DNA of 57,735 bases from Candidatus Fervidifonticultor sextus (GCA_031459875.1 JAVKHQ010000019.1:1-57735), one strand, 5' to 3'; counted from the first letter of the stretch, positions 27,557 to 37,856 are shown. Translations and numbers: made by a program. The notes: generated from the letters alone by a model not told the origin.

Positions 27557-28456
27557 TCAGACCCTCAACTTCGGATCGAGCGCATCCCGCAGGGCGTCCC
27601 CAAAGACATTGAACGCCAGCACCGCGGCGCTGATGGCCAGGCCCGGGAAGACCGCCATCCACGGCGCCCTCTGGAGGAAGTCCACCGCCGCTCCGCGCAG
27701 CATGAGGCCCCACGCCGGGGTGGGTTCCGAGACCCCGAGCCCCAAAAACGAGAGCGAGGCCTCCAGGAGGATCGCCTGCCCGAGAAACGAGGTCAGCATC
27801 ACCAGGTAGGGAGCCATGACGTTGGGGGCCATGTGCCGGAAGATGATCCGGGCGTGCGAACACCCCATCGCCCGCGCGGCCTCCAGGTAGACCGTCTCCC
27901 GCACCGCCAGCGCGCTGCTGCGGACGACCCGCGCCGCACGGGGAAGAAACGACAGGGCGATGGCGAGCACCAGCTTGTCGGTCCCCACCCCGATGACCGC
28001 CACAATCGCCATGGCCACGACGATGAGGGGGAACGACAGGAGGACATCCACGAGGCGCTGCGTCACTAAATCGACGATGCCGCCGAAGTGGGCGCTGGCC
28101 ATGCCGATGACCGCGCCGGCGGTCGCCCCCACCACCGAGGCGCCGAAGCCCACCAGCAGGGCCGTGCGGGCTCCGTACAGGATCCGGCTGAACACGTCGC
28201 GGCCGAAGGCGTCGCTGCCGAACCAGTGGTCGCGGCCCGGCGGGCGGAACATCCCGCCGTAGTCCGTCGTCAGCGGGTCGTAGGGCGCCACGGTGGGGGC
28301 GAAGGTCGCAGCCAGCACCATGGCGGCGATGAAGGCGGCCGCCGCCGTCCCGACCGGATGCCGGCGGAGGAACCGGACCGCCAGACCCGGGCGGGGCCGG
28401 ATGGCCGGGACGGCCATCACGGTGGGAACGGCGTCGGCGGAAGGCCCGGAGGCCAT
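27557..28456 (-). CDS. peptide/nickel ABC permease (DppC-like)
   Basis: HWFGSDAFGRDVFSR, EAARAMG, EASLSFLGLG, PAWG. Confidence 0.92.
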   Translation of the reverse strand: MASGPSADAVPTVMAVPAIRPRPGLAVRFLRRHPVGTAAAAFIAAMVLAATFAPTVAPYDPLTTDYGGMFRPPGRDHWFGSDAFGRDVFSRILYGARTALLVGFGASVVGATAGAVIGMASAHFGGIVDLVTQRLVDVLLSFPLIVVAMAIVAVIGVGTDKLVLAIALSFLPRAARVVRSSALAVRETVYLEAARAMGCSHARIIFRHMAPNVMAPYLVMLTSFLGQAILLEASLSFLGLGVSEPTPAWGLMLRGAAVDFLQRAPWMAVFPGLAISAAVLAFNVFGDALRDALDPKLRV

Positions 28457-28472
28457 CGTCTGCGGTCCCGCG

Positions 28473-29426
28473 CTACCGATAGGAGATCCGCGGGTCGATC
28501 CAGGCGTAGATCAGATCGACCAGGAAGTTGACGAGGATGTAGCCTGATGCCACCAGGAGCAGCAGCCCCTGGATGAGGGTGTAGTCGCGCTGGCCGATGG
28601 CATCCACGATCAATTTGCCGATCCCGTTGAGGTTGAAGACCTGTTCGGTCACCACCAGGCCGCCGATCAGGAAGGCGAACTCCAGCCCGATCACGGTGAC
28701 GACCGGCATGAGGGCGTTGCGCAGCGCGTGCTTGCGCAGGATCACCATTCCGGCCAGCCCCTTGGCCCACGCGGTCCGGACGTAGTCCTCCCCCAGGACC
28801 TCCAGCAGGGCCGATCGGGTCATCCGCGTGGCGACCGCGGAGTAGCGGTAGCCGACGGCCAGCGCCGGCCAGATGAGCTGCGCCAGGTTCGCTTTCGGAT
28901 CGACCCACAGGGGGGTGAACGTCAGCGGCGGGAGATACTGGAAGACCGAGAGCAGGAACAGGATCATCAGGATGCCGAGCCAGAAGGACGGCACGGCCAG
29001 ACCCGCCACGCTGATCACCTGCACCAGATGGTCCACCCAGCGCCCGCGGAAGACGGCGGCCAGCACCCCCAGCGGGATCGCCGCGGCCGTGGCGAACAGG
29101 GTCGCCATCAGGGCGAGCTGCAGGCTGAGTTGCAGGCGCAGGCCGATTTCCCGGGCCACGGGCTCCCCCGACCACATGGAGCGGCCCAGGTCCAGCCGGA
29201 AGATGCCCAGCATCCACGTCAGGAACTGCTCCCACAGGGGCGCATCCAGGCCCAACCGGGCCCGCTCGGCGGCGATGACCTCCGGGGTGACGTAGGAACC
29301 GCCCAGGACCAGCCGGAGTTCCACGATGTCGCCGGGGACCACGCGGAGGAGCAGGAAGATCAGCACCGCCACCGCCAGCAGGGTGGGAAGGATCAGCAGC
29401 AGACGGGAAAGGATGTAGCGGCTCAC
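28473..29426 (-). CDS. peptide/nickel ABC permease (DppB-like)
   Basis: DLGRS, PSFWLG, EDYVRTAWAKG, KHALRNAL, DPRI. Confidence 0.92.
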   Translation of the reverse strand: MSRYILSRLLLILPTLLAVAVLIFLLLRVVPGDIVELRLVLGGSYVTPEVIAAERARLGLDAPLWEQFLTWMLGIFRLDLGRSMWSGEPVAREIGLRLQLSLQLALMATLFATAAAIPLGVLAAVFRGRWVDHLVQVISVAGLAVPSFWLGILMILFLLSVFQYLPPLTFTPLWVDPKANLAQLIWPALAVGYRYSAVATRMTRSALLEVLGEDYVRTAWAKGLAGMVILRKHALRNALMPVVTVIGLEFAFLIGGLVVTEQVFNLNGIGKLIVDAIGQRDYTLIQGLLLLVASGYILVNFLVDLIYAWIDPRISYR

Positions 29427-29455
29427 AGCCCTAGCAACCCACCGTCCGCTCCGCA

Positions 29456-29492
29456 GCGGTGGGAAGAGGCAGGAGGCCGCCTCCCCCACCGC
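29456..29492 (-). other. intergenic stem-loop after the family 5 SBP gene
   Basis: GCGGTGGG..GAGGC / GCCTC..CCCACCGC inverted repeat. Confidence 0.5.
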
Positions 29493-29510
29493 GTGCGGGG
29501 CACCCACCCG

Positions 29511-31130
29511 CTACTCCGAGAGCCAGTATTCGGAGAGGTCAGGCTCGACGTAGTGGTTCGTGGTCGTCTTGTAGCCCTGCAGTTTGCGCCAGTAGGGGAT
29601 GATCCGCTGCCACCACAGCACATACATCACGTAGGCCTGATCGTGGAGCACGCGCTTCTCGAACTGGCGGACCACCCGCAGTCGGGTGGCCCGATCGGCG
29701 CTCCGGGACTGCTGGAAGTACATCAGGTCCAGCTGGCGGTCGATGTAGCCGCCGTAGTTCAGCGGGCTGATGTCGGCCGAGACGAATTTTGCCAGCTGGA
29801 TGTCGGGGTCGTCGATGAAGTCGCACGCGAAATCCACGGCCGCGTCATAGTTGAGGGCACGGAGGTCCGCCAGGTAGGTGGCGGTCTCCTGCTGGACGTG
29901 CGAGACATGCAGCCCGATCTGTCGCCACTGGTCCACCAGGAAGATGCCGATGGGCTCGTAGGGCATCGCCACGTCCCGGTTCTTCAGCGTGAAGGAGAAG
30001 TTCTCCGGGACCCCGGCCTCGCGCAGCAGGGCGCGGGCTTCGGTGCGCGCCTGCTGGATGTTGCGGCCGTACCCGGCCAGCTTGACGAGTTCCGATTCGG
30101 GGGTGGCCATCTCCGACCCGGGCCGCATCATGCCGCCCACAGGCTTCACAAACGCGATCTGGGAGAGGGCGTTCGAGCCGCCCCAGCGGTCCACAGCCAG
30201 CGTGAGCGCCCGGCGCACCCTGGCGTCGTCGAATGGCTTCTTCTTGGTGTTGAAGGTCACGATGAGGTTGCACAGCCACGGCGCCTCCTGGACCGCGATG
30301 CGGTCGCCCAACGTCCGCACCAGGTCGTCCCGCTCCGCGGGGGAGACACCCCGGAACTCGATGAGGGCCTGCCCGCCCTTCAGCGCGGCGATCATGGCGG
30401 ACCGGCTGGTGATGAACAGCGCCTGGTAGCCGTCTAGGTAGGGCTTCCCCCGCTCGAAGTAGTCCTCGTTTCGCCGGCCCACCCAGCGCGATCCGCGGAC
30501 GTACTCGACGAACTTGAAGGGGCCGGTGCCCATGACGTTGCGCTCGTACCAGCGCTGATCCCGCGCCAGGATGTCGGCCTTGTAGATCCAGTTGAACGGC
30601 GAGGCCAGCTTCTCCAGGAAGCTCGGGACCGCCCACTTCAACCGGAACACGACCGTCTGCGGATCAGGCGCCTCGATGGCCCTCACGCCCTGGTAGACGG
30701 CCTGCCGGACGCTGATCACGCCCTCCGGCGGGAAGACGATCCGGTCGAAACTGGCCTTGATGTCACGGGACGTGAGGATCGAACCGTCGTGGAACTTCAC
30801 ACCCTGACGGATCTTGAAGGTCCAGGTCATCCCGTCGCGGGAGGACGTCCACGACTCGGCCAGGTCGGGGATCACCTTGGGGTAGTTGCGGGTGTCGAAC
30901 TTCACCAGCAGGTTGTAGTGAGGCCGAATGGGGTGGATCATGGCGAAGGTCGTCTCACGGTGCGCGTCGAAGGACGGCGGCGCGGCCGTGACGATGTACG
31001 TGAGGATCCCCCCTTGCCGGGGTGTCTGCGCCGTGACCGGGTAGGAGAGCAGGCCGATCACGAGGATACCAACCATCACCGCGAGGCCGGCGCGGTGCCC
31101 CGGCCGGCCTCCTGTGCGCTGCATGCGCAT
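29511..31130 (-). CDS. ABC substrate-binding protein, family 5 (DppA-like)
   Basis: Signal peptide, PDLAESW, VKFHDG, GTGPFK, PFDDARVRRAL. Confidence 0.93.
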   Translation of the reverse strand: MRMQRTGGRPGHRAGLAVMVGILVIGLLSYPVTAQTPRQGGILTYIVTAAPPSFDAHRETTFAMIHPIRPHYNLLVKFDTRNYPKVIPDLAESWTSSRDGMTWTFKIRQGVKFHDGSILTSRDIKASFDRIVFPPEGVISVRQAVYQGVRAIEAPDPQTVVFRLKWAVPSFLEKLASPFNWIYKADILARDQRWYERNVMGTGPFKFVEYVRGSRWVGRRNEDYFERGKPYLDGYQALFITSRSAMIAALKGGQALIEFRGVSPAERDDLVRTLGDRIAVQEAPWLCNLIVTFNTKKKPFDDARVRRALTLAVDRWGGSNALSQIAFVKPVGGMMRPGSEMATPESELVKLAGYGRNIQQARTEARALLREAGVPENFSFTLKNRDVAMPYEPIGIFLVDQWRQIGLHVSHVQQETATYLADLRALNYDAAVDFACDFIDDPDIQLAKFVSADISPLNYGGYIDRQLDLMYFQQSRSADRATRLRVVRQFEKRVLHDQAYVMYVLWWQRIIPYWRKLQGYKTTTNHYVEPDLSEYWLSE

Positions 31131-31208
31131 CGTCTCCCCCCTCCTCACTTCACACGACTGTGCTGCTTGTCTTGGGATTGTACCACGCCACCGGTGCCCC
31201 ACGAGTCC

Positions 31209-32450
31209 TCACCGCCCCAGCGCGGCTGCCATGGCTGCCACCGCCTGCTCGAAGCACGCCATCGGCGGTCGGACCAGCCCGGCGCCGATCTGGCCGATCC
31301 CCGGCTTCTTGTGGGCGATGCCGGTGTTGACCCGCGGCGTGATGCCGGTGCGCACGACCTTGCGGACGTCGATGCCCGTGGGCGTGCCGCGGAAGTCCAG
31401 CGGCGGCAGCCCAAACGCCGGGTTCTCGCCGACGGTGATCTCGTACATCTCCAGGGTCGCATGCATCGCCTCGCGCGGGGTCCCGCCGACGAACTTCACG
31501 ATGGCCGGCGCCGCCGCCATGGCGAATCCCCCGATGCCGGCGGTCTCGGTGATCGTCGAATCGCCGATGTCGGGGTTGGCGTCGGCCGCCGAGTAGCCGG
31601 CGAAGTAGAGACCGTCGGGCACCTCGGCGGGCGCGGTGAACCACCGCTGCCCCAGGCCAGAGACGCGGATGCCGAAGTCGGTACCGTTGCGGGCCATGCA
31701 GGTGACGATGGTACTCCCGGCGATGCCGTGGGCGGCGTCCATGGTGGCCTTGCAGGCAGCCATGACCGGGTTGAGCACGGCCAGGTCGTTGTCGGCGAAG
31801 TAGCGCAGCACCTGTTCCAACGTCTCGGGCGAGAGGCCCACGCGGGCTAGGTGGGGCGCCAGCCACCGGCCGAGCAGCGCCGAGCCGGCCCGATTGCGGT
31901 TGTGTCCTTCATCGCCCATGGTCAGTTGCTGGGCGATCAGGCTCTTCATGTCGATCCCGCCGGCCCGCTGGAGCGCCTCGCCGACCGCCGGCCCGAGGAC
32001 ATCGTTCATCCAGCGCAGCCGCGCCAGCACCTCCTCGCTATAGGCGCCGTAGCGGAGGACCTTCCCGTACCCCTCATTGAGGTTCGAGAACGCCGTGTTG
32101 CCAAACGCGCGGTTCTCCACGATGTAGACCATCATGGACGCCGTGGTCACGCCCGCCATGGGGCCGACCGTGGCGTGGTGGTGGCAGGGCTCCAGGCGGA
32201 CCTCGCCCCGCTCGACCAGCGCGGCCGCCTCCTGCTCGGTCTTCGCCAGCCCTTCAAAGATCAGCCCGCCGAGAACCGCCCCGCGGAGCGGACCGGAGGC
32301 CCGGTCCCAGGTGATCGGCGGGCCGGCGTGCAGGATCAGGTTCGGCCGCATACCGGGGATGACATCCAGCGCGCGGCCGACCCCGACCAGCACAGGCTGG
32401 GCCGCGAGGATCCGGTCGAGGGCGTCCTGGTTGGCCTCGTTGACGTTCAC
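31209..32450 (-). CDS. ylbE: DUF1116 protein (YlbE/AllG/YahG-like)
   Basis: LHAGPP, PCHHH, GPMAG, NEGYGKVLRYGA, MGDEGHNRN, MARNG, DIGDS, NTGIAH, GQIGAG. Confidence 0.88.
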   Translation of the reverse strand: MNVNEANQDALDRILAAQPVLVGVGRALDVIPGMRPNLILHAGPPITWDRASGPLRGAVLGGLIFEGLAKTEQEAAALVERGEVRLEPCHHHATVGPMAGVTTASMMVYIVENRAFGNTAFSNLNEGYGKVLRYGAYSEEVLARLRWMNDVLGPAVGEALQRAGGIDMKSLIAQQLTMGDEGHNRNRAGSALLGRWLAPHLARVGLSPETLEQVLRYFADNDLAVLNPVMAACKATMDAAHGIAGSTIVTCMARNGTDFGIRVSGLGQRWFTAPAEVPDGLYFAGYSAADANPDIGDSTITETAGIGGFAMAAAPAIVKFVGGTPREAMHATLEMYEITVGENPAFGLPPLDFRGTPTGIDVRKVVRTGITPRVNTGIAHKKPGIGQIGAGLVRPPMACFEQAVAAMAAALGR

Positions 32451-32457
32451 GGGTCGC

Positions 32458-34224
32458 TCATCCCTCCAGCCTGTCCAGCAGGTCCAGCAGGTGCGCCTTG
32501 CCCCCGGCCGGCGGCCGCCAGTCCACGGAGACCACGGGGACCCCCTGCGCCTGCAGGCTCTCGGCGAAGAGATCCAGACCCACATTGATGACGGCCGGGC
32601 GCGTCTGCAGGAGCGCCTGGACCGGGCCGACCTCCGGCCAGGCCGGCGGCTTTGGCGCCGCCGCCACGACCGTGGGGGCCGCAGCCGCCCCCCGGCTCCC
32701 CCGCGCCTCGGCAATGAGCCCGGCCACCCTGGCGGCCCGCGCGTTGCTCTCCTCGACCAGCATGCCGGCCTCGAGGAGCATCTCCCGCTGGACCGCGAGA
32801 TCCTGGGGATCGTCGTCGGTGCCGCAGACCGAACCCAGGACGCACAGGTACCGGCCCGCCACGCGGGCCTGCTCGCGCACCTGGCGGATGACCGGCGCCA
32901 GCGCCCCGGCGGGATTCGGATGCGCTCCGTAGCCCAACACCACATCCAGCAGCACGACCGCGCACTCGGGGTCATCGGCCTCCTGCTGGAGGCGCTGGAG
33001 GCGAAGCGCCGGATCGAGCATCGGGTGCAGGCGACCCTGCGTGAATTCGTCGCCGCCCATGTCGATGATCGTGTGCTCGCGGCTGCGCACGACCGGTTCG
33101 AGGGCCTCATCGGGATGCAGGGGGGTGTTGGACCAGATGCGGCCCACCTGGGGCCGCAGAAGCACCAGCGCCTCGTAGCACAGCGTCCCGCCGCTATACA
33201 GCCCGCGGAGGTAGCGTTGCCCCGGGGCCAGCCGCCCGGCTTCCTGCGCCGGCAGCGAGCGCAGCGTCGGGGGGCCGGGGTCGGTGGCGTAGGCGAGGCG
33301 CACGGCCTGGCGGGCCGCGTCCTCCAGCGTCGGGGCGCCCCGCACCTGACCGGCGGGCTCGACCGATGCGCCCACGAAGGCGGCCACCACCGGCTTCCCG
33401 CAGGCAGCCGCCGCGGCCAGGAGGCGGCCTGCGACCTCGGGCGCGGGCGGCTTGCTCACCAGGACGATGACGGCGGTCGCCGGATCCAGCGCCAGCGCCC
33501 GGAGGCCCTGCAGCATGGTCACGCCGCCCACCGCGGCGGTGAGGTCCCGTCCGCCGGTCCCGATGGCGTGGGTGATGCCGCCGCCGAAGCAGTGGATGAG
33601 CGAGGTCACTTCCTGGAGTCCCGTCCCTGCGGCCGCGACGAGCCCGATGCAGCCGGCGCGCACGCGGTTCGCGAAGCCCAGCGCCGCGCCGCCGATGATA
33701 GCGGTCCCGCAGTCCGGGCCCATGAGCAGCAGGCCCTGCGCCAGGCTGCGCTGCTTCAACTCGATCTCGTGCTCGAGGGGCACGTTGTCCGAGAAGAGCA
33801 GGACGTGGAGTCCGGCGTCCAGCGCCTCCAGCGTCACGGACCGGGCAAACCGGCCGGGCACCGAGATGACCGCCAGGGTGGCTTCGGGCAACTGCCGGCG
33901 TGCCGACGCAATGGTCTTGGGGCGATAGGTCTCACCGGCGCCGGTCTCGGGCCGGCGCGTCAGCGCCTCCTGGGCCGCCGCCACCGCGGCCTCTGCCTGC
34001 GCGGGCGTCGCGGCGCGCGCGACAATCGCCAGGTCGTCGGGGCCGGCCGCGTCCAGCCCGGAGAAGGCCAGGCCCGCCTCCCGCAGGATCGCCTTGTTGG
34101 CGTCGGTGGCCATGACCACGCCGGCCTCCTCGACGCCGGGCAGGCTGCGGGCCTCTCGCTGCGCCAGCATCAGCGCCACCGAGTCGAAGTAGGCGCTGCG
34201 ACGAACGATCCCGTGAATCGGCAC
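32458..34224 (-). CDS. fdrA: acyl-CoA synthetase FdrA (AllF/YahF-like)
   Basis: YFDSVALM, FSDNV, MGPDCGT, GTGGRDL, VSKPP, SGGTLCYE, DEFTQGRLHPMLDP, VDWRPPAGG. Confidence 0.9.
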   Translation of the reverse strand: MPIHGIVRRSAYFDSVALMLAQREARSLPGVEEAGVVMATDANKAILREAGLAFSGLDAAGPDDLAIVARAATPAQAEAAVAAAQEALTRRPETGAGETYRPKTIASARRQLPEATLAVISVPGRFARSVTLEALDAGLHVLLFSDNVPLEHEIELKQRSLAQGLLLMGPDCGTAIIGGAALGFANRVRAGCIGLVAAAGTGLQEVTSLIHCFGGGITHAIGTGGRDLTAAVGGVTMLQGLRALALDPATAVIVLVSKPPAPEVAGRLLAAAAACGKPVVAAFVGASVEPAGQVRGAPTLEDAARQAVRLAYATDPGPPTLRSLPAQEAGRLAPGQRYLRGLYSGGTLCYEALVLLRPQVGRIWSNTPLHPDEALEPVVRSREHTIIDMGGDEFTQGRLHPMLDPALRLQRLQQEADDPECAVVLLDVVLGYGAHPNPAGALAPVIRQVREQARVAGRYLCVLGSVCGTDDDPQDLAVQREMLLEAGMLVEESNARAARVAGLIAEARGSRGAAAAPTVVAAAPKPPAWPEVGPVQALLQTRPAVINVGLDLFAESLQAQGVPVVSVDWRPPAGGKAHLLDLLDRLEG

Positions 34225-34315
34225 CTGAAGACTCCGGATGGTGACCCGCAGCCGCCTCTCGTGATGCCGGATCTATGCCGGATTTCGAACGCCGACGGGG
34301 AAGCCCTCGACCCCC

Positions 34316-35659
34316 CTAGGGTGCGACAAGCGGCAGCACGGGAGCCACCGGGCCTGCGGCCATCTGGGAGAGCATCCCCACGGCGCGATTCAGCGGCGCA
34401 TCCTCGGGGCTGCCGATGGGCGCGCCACCCGTCGCGACCTCCACGTCCGGCTCCAGGCCCCGACCTTCGAGGTCGCGGCCCGCCGGCGTCAGGTAACGTG
34501 AAATCGTCAGGCGCATCCCGCTGCCGTCCGGGAAATTGTAGATCCCCTGGACGGTCGCCTTCCCGTAGGTCCGGGTGCCGACGAGTTTGATCCCGGCATC
34601 CTGCAGCGCGCCGGCGACCACCTCCGAGGCGCTGGCGCTGCCGCGGTCCACCAGGATCACCAGGGGCCCCAGGAACTTCGGCTCGCGCGGCTGGACCGTA
34701 TACGTTACCGACCGCCGGCCCGACTCCAGCGTGACCACCTTCCCGCTCTCCATGAAGTGGCTCGCAATGCTCACCGAGGCATCGAGCAGGCCGCCGGGAT
34801 TGCCCCGCAGGTCCAGCACGACTCCCCGGGCGCCCTGAGTCAGCAGTTCCCGCAGTCCCTGCGCGAACAGTTCGGGGGAGGACCGGGTGAACTGGGTCAG
34901 GCGCAGGTACCCCACGCCTGAGGGCAGCATGCGGGTGGTGACGATCCGCTGTTGGATTCGCCGGCGGGTCATCGTGACGGTGATCGGGTCGACCTGCCCG
35001 GGCCGCCGCACGCTCAGGCTGACCTCTGTGCCCTCGGCGCCGCGAATCATCTGGCTGATCTGGTCCAGGGACAGCCCGGCCGTAGGGGTGCCGTTGACGG
35101 CGATGATCTGGTCACCGGCCCGCAGCCCCGCCTCGCTGGCGGGGGAGTTGTCCAGCACCTCGGTGACAACCGCCTGCCCCGCCTGGTCCTGGAGGACGAT
35201 CCCGATCCCCACGATCTCGTCGCCGGAGGTCGTCCGGCGGAGGAACTGCGCGAACGCGCCGGGGGGGTAGAACGCGCTGTTGGGGTCGCGCAGCGCCGCC
35301 ACCATCCCCGAGATGGCCGCATAGGCCACGGCGATCGGCCGGCTGCGGCTCAGCGACTGCGCGGATTCGATGCGCCGCAGCATGGTGGCCACGTCCGCGC
35401 GTTCGTCGCCGACCAGGAGCAGCGCGCCCAGGACGGTGGGGAGCTGGCCTTCCTCCCGGAGCAGCGCGCGCAGCCCGGCGTCGGCGCCTCGCAACAGGGT
35501 CTCGGAGGTGGGCTGGGCCAGGCTCTCCTGGCGGAGGATCGCGTACACCTCGTAGAAGAGCCCCAGACCGGCATCCGCCGGCTGGGCCTGCAGGGGGGAG
35601 GCCAGCAACCCGACCGCCAGCAGGATGATGGCCAGGAGATGGAACCACCGCGTGCGCAT
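34316..35659 (-). CDS. ctpA: S41 family C-terminal processing protease with PDZ domain
   Basis: Signal peptide, GIGI PDZ loop, LDLRGNPGG, SASASE (Ser), TYGKATVQ (Lys). Confidence 0.9.
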   Translation of the reverse strand: MRTRWFHLLAIILLAVGLLASPLQAQPADAGLGLFYEVYAILRQESLAQPTSETLLRGADAGLRALLREEGQLPTVLGALLLVGDERADVATMLRRIESAQSLSRSRPIAVAYAAISGMVAALRDPNSAFYPPGAFAQFLRRTTSGDEIVGIGIVLQDQAGQAVVTEVLDNSPASEAGLRAGDQIIAVNGTPTAGLSLDQISQMIRGAEGTEVSLSVRRPGQVDPITVTMTRRRIQQRIVTTRMLPSGVGYLRLTQFTRSSPELFAQGLRELLTQGARGVVLDLRGNPGGLLDASVSIASHFMESGKVVTLESGRRSVTYTVQPREPKFLGPLVILVDRGSASASEVVAGALQDAGIKLVGTRTYGKATVQGIYNFPDGSGMRLTISRYLTPAGRDLEGRGLEPDVEVATGGAPIGSPEDAPLNRAVGMLSQMAAGPVAPVLPLVAP

Positions 35660-35794
35660 CAGACTCCTCCAGGGCCGACGCGAGGATTGTGGATAAGTTC
35701 ACCGCCGGGCCGGAAAAGCCTCCTGGACTCCCTCACCGATCCCATGCCCAACTCCCCGGGCTCCCGCCGGGGGAAACACCGTCCGGCCCCGGGG

Positions 35795-36772
35795 TTACCG
35801 CGGCTCGGCTGGCTCCGGGCTCCCGTGGCGGTCGAGCCAGTCCAGCAGCGCCCTGACGCTGCCTTGGGCCAGGGCGATGCACGTGTCGGCGGCGCCGTAG
35901 TACAGGTTGAGGGTGTCGCCGTCCGGCCCGAGCGTGGACCCGCAGGGGAACACCACATTCCCCACGTCGCCGTAGCGCTCGTAGGGGGCCTCGGGCCCGA
36001 AGATCCATGTGGTGCCGCGCCGGAGGCAGCGCTCCGGCTGCTCCAGATCGAACAGCGCGAGGCCCAGCCGGTAGATGGCGCCGTCGCTCGTCCCGCGGAC
36101 GCCGTGGTAGAGGACGAGCCATCCGCGGGCCGTCTCGATGGGCGGGCAGGCCAGACCGATCCGCAGGGAGTCCCACCACCCTCCCCGGCGCGCCTCGAGG
36201 ATGAGCCGGTGCCGGCCCCAGTGGCACAGGTCTGGCGAGTACGAGATCCAGATGTGGGATCCCAGCACGGTGACGGGACGGTGCAGCAGGGCCCAGTAGC
36301 CGCCGATGCGGCGCGGCAGGAGCGCCGCGTTCTTGTCCTCGGGCGGCATGATGACGCCGTAGCGCCTGAAGGACCGGAAGTCCCGGGTCAGCGCCAGCGA
36401 CACCGCAGGGCCGCCGCGGGAATAGGACGTGTAGGCCACCACATAGGCGTCCAGTTCCTTGATGTGGGTGATGCGGGGATCCTCGATGCCCCACAGTTCT
36501 TCGGGGTAGTGGACCGGGTCTGGGGCAAGGGTCGGCGCGGGATCGATCTGCCAGCCGCTGACCCCGTCGGGAGACCGCGCGGCGCACAGGTGGGAATGGC
36601 CGCGCCGGTCCTCCACCCGGCACAGCAGGAGCGTGGTGCCATCCGCCAGCAGGGTCGCACCGGGATTGAAGACGCTGTTCACCGGATACGGCCAGTCGGC
36701 CGCGGTGAGAATCGGATTGCCCGGGTGGCGGACGAACAGCTCCTCGTGGCCGGTGGCCTCGCGCGGGATCAC
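35795..36772 (-). CDS. glycoside hydrolase family 130 (mannoside phosphorylase-like)
   Basis: NPIL, VFNPGA, GIEDPRI, DKNAAL, LHRP, YHGV, NVVFPCG, YYGAAD. Start uncertain. Confidence 0.88.
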   Translation of the reverse strand: MIPREATGHEELFVRHPGNPILTAADWPYPVNSVFNPGATLLADGTTLLLCRVEDRRGHSHLCAARSPDGVSGWQIDPAPTLAPDPVHYPEELWGIEDPRITHIKELDAYVVAYTSYSRGGPAVSLALTRDFRSFRRYGVIMPPEDKNAALLPRRIGGYWALLHRPVTVLGSHIWISYSPDLCHWGRHRLILEARRGGWWDSLRIGLACPPIETARGWLVLYHGVRGTSDGAIYRLGLALFDLEQPERCLRRGTTWIFGPEAPYERYGDVGNVVFPCGSTLGPDGDTLNLYYGAADTCIALAQGSVRALLDWLDRHGSPEPAEPR

Positions 36773-36821
36773 ACCCCTCCCGCCCGTCTCCGGGACCGGC
36801 GTCTCCACCGTCACGGAACTC

Positions 36822-37856
36822 TTAGGCGACAGCCGTCTGCGCTTCATGCCGCCGGATGACCTCCCGGTAGACCTGCAGGTACGCATCGACCATGCGGTCT
36901 CGACTGAAGTGACGCTCCACGTGCTGGCGCACCCGGACGCGGTCCAGGGTCGGGATGGCCTCGAGCGCGCGGACCGCTTCCTCCACCCCGTCGACCAGGA
37001 ATCCGGTCTCTCCGTCCCGGACGATCTCCGGCACTGCCCCGCGGCCCCGGGCGATGACCGGCGTGCCGGTGGCCATGGCCTCGACCATGCTCAGCCCGAA
37101 CGGCTCCTCGAAGTTCACCAGGTGGAGCAGCGCGTAGGCCCCTCCCAGCAGCGCATCGCGCGCCTGGGGGCCCACGGAGCCCACGTAGCGAATCCGGTCG
37201 TCGTCCAGATACGGGGCGACGTGGCGGGCGAAGTACTCTTGATCGTGGATGATCCCCGCGATGATGAGCCGGCGTCCCGCCCGTCGGGCCACCTGGATCG
37301 CCTCGGCCGTCCCCTTGTCGGGGTGGATCCGGCCGAAGAAGAGCAGGTAGTCCCCCGGATCCGGACGGAGCGTGAACTCCGAGAGGAGGATGCCGTGGTG
37401 GATCGTGGCCAGGTAGGTCAACCGCGGATGGCGGTCTGCGTGGCTGATGGCCACGTAGTAGGTCTTCCCGTTGTAGCGCTCATAGACCGGCAGGATCCGA
37501 TCGGACGAGAAGCCGTGGATCGTGGTCAGCACCGGCGTCCGCACCAGCCCGCTGTAGGAGAGCGGCAGGAAGTCCAGGTGGTTGTGGATGAGGTCGAACT
37601 CGTCCGCCCGTTCGAAGGCCGCGGCGACGTGCAGGCACTCCCAGACCTTGGGGTCCAGGGTCGGTTCCTCACAGAGAGGCCGCGGGCAGACGGCCACCAG
37701 ACGGGCCCGCGTGCACGAGTCCGCCGTGGCGAACAGGGTGACGTCTATCCCGCGGTCGACCAGCCCTTCGGTGAGCAGCCAGACGATGCGCTCCCACGGT
37801 CCGTAGTGGCGCGGCGGCACGCGCCAGGCGATGGGAGCCACCATCCCGATGCGCAT
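36822..37856 (-). CDS. glycosyltransferase family 4
   Basis: VPPRHYGPWE, GRIHPDKG, EEPFGLSMVEAMATGTP. Confidence 0.92.
   Translation of the reverse strand: MRIGMVAPIAWRVPPRHYGPWERIVWLLTEGLVDRGIDVTLFATADSCTRARLVAVCPRPLCEEPTLDPKVWECLHVAAAFERADEFDLIHNHLDFLPLSYSGLVRTPVLTTIHGFSSDRILPVYERYNGKTYYVAISHADRHPRLTYLATIHHGILLSEFTLRPDPGDYLLFFGRIHPDKGTAEAIQVARRAGRRLIIAGIIHDQEYFARHVAPYLDDDRIRYVGSVGPQARDALLGGAYALLHLVNFEEPFGLSMVEAMATGTPVIARGRGAVPEIVRDGETGFLVDGVEEAVRALEAIPTLDRVRVRQHVERHFSRDRMVDAYLQVYREVIRRHEAQTAVA

Noticed and set aside
34264..34283. ATGCCGGAT tandem repeat upstream of fdrA
   Set aside because: Only two short copies, which is not enough evidence for a regulatory site.
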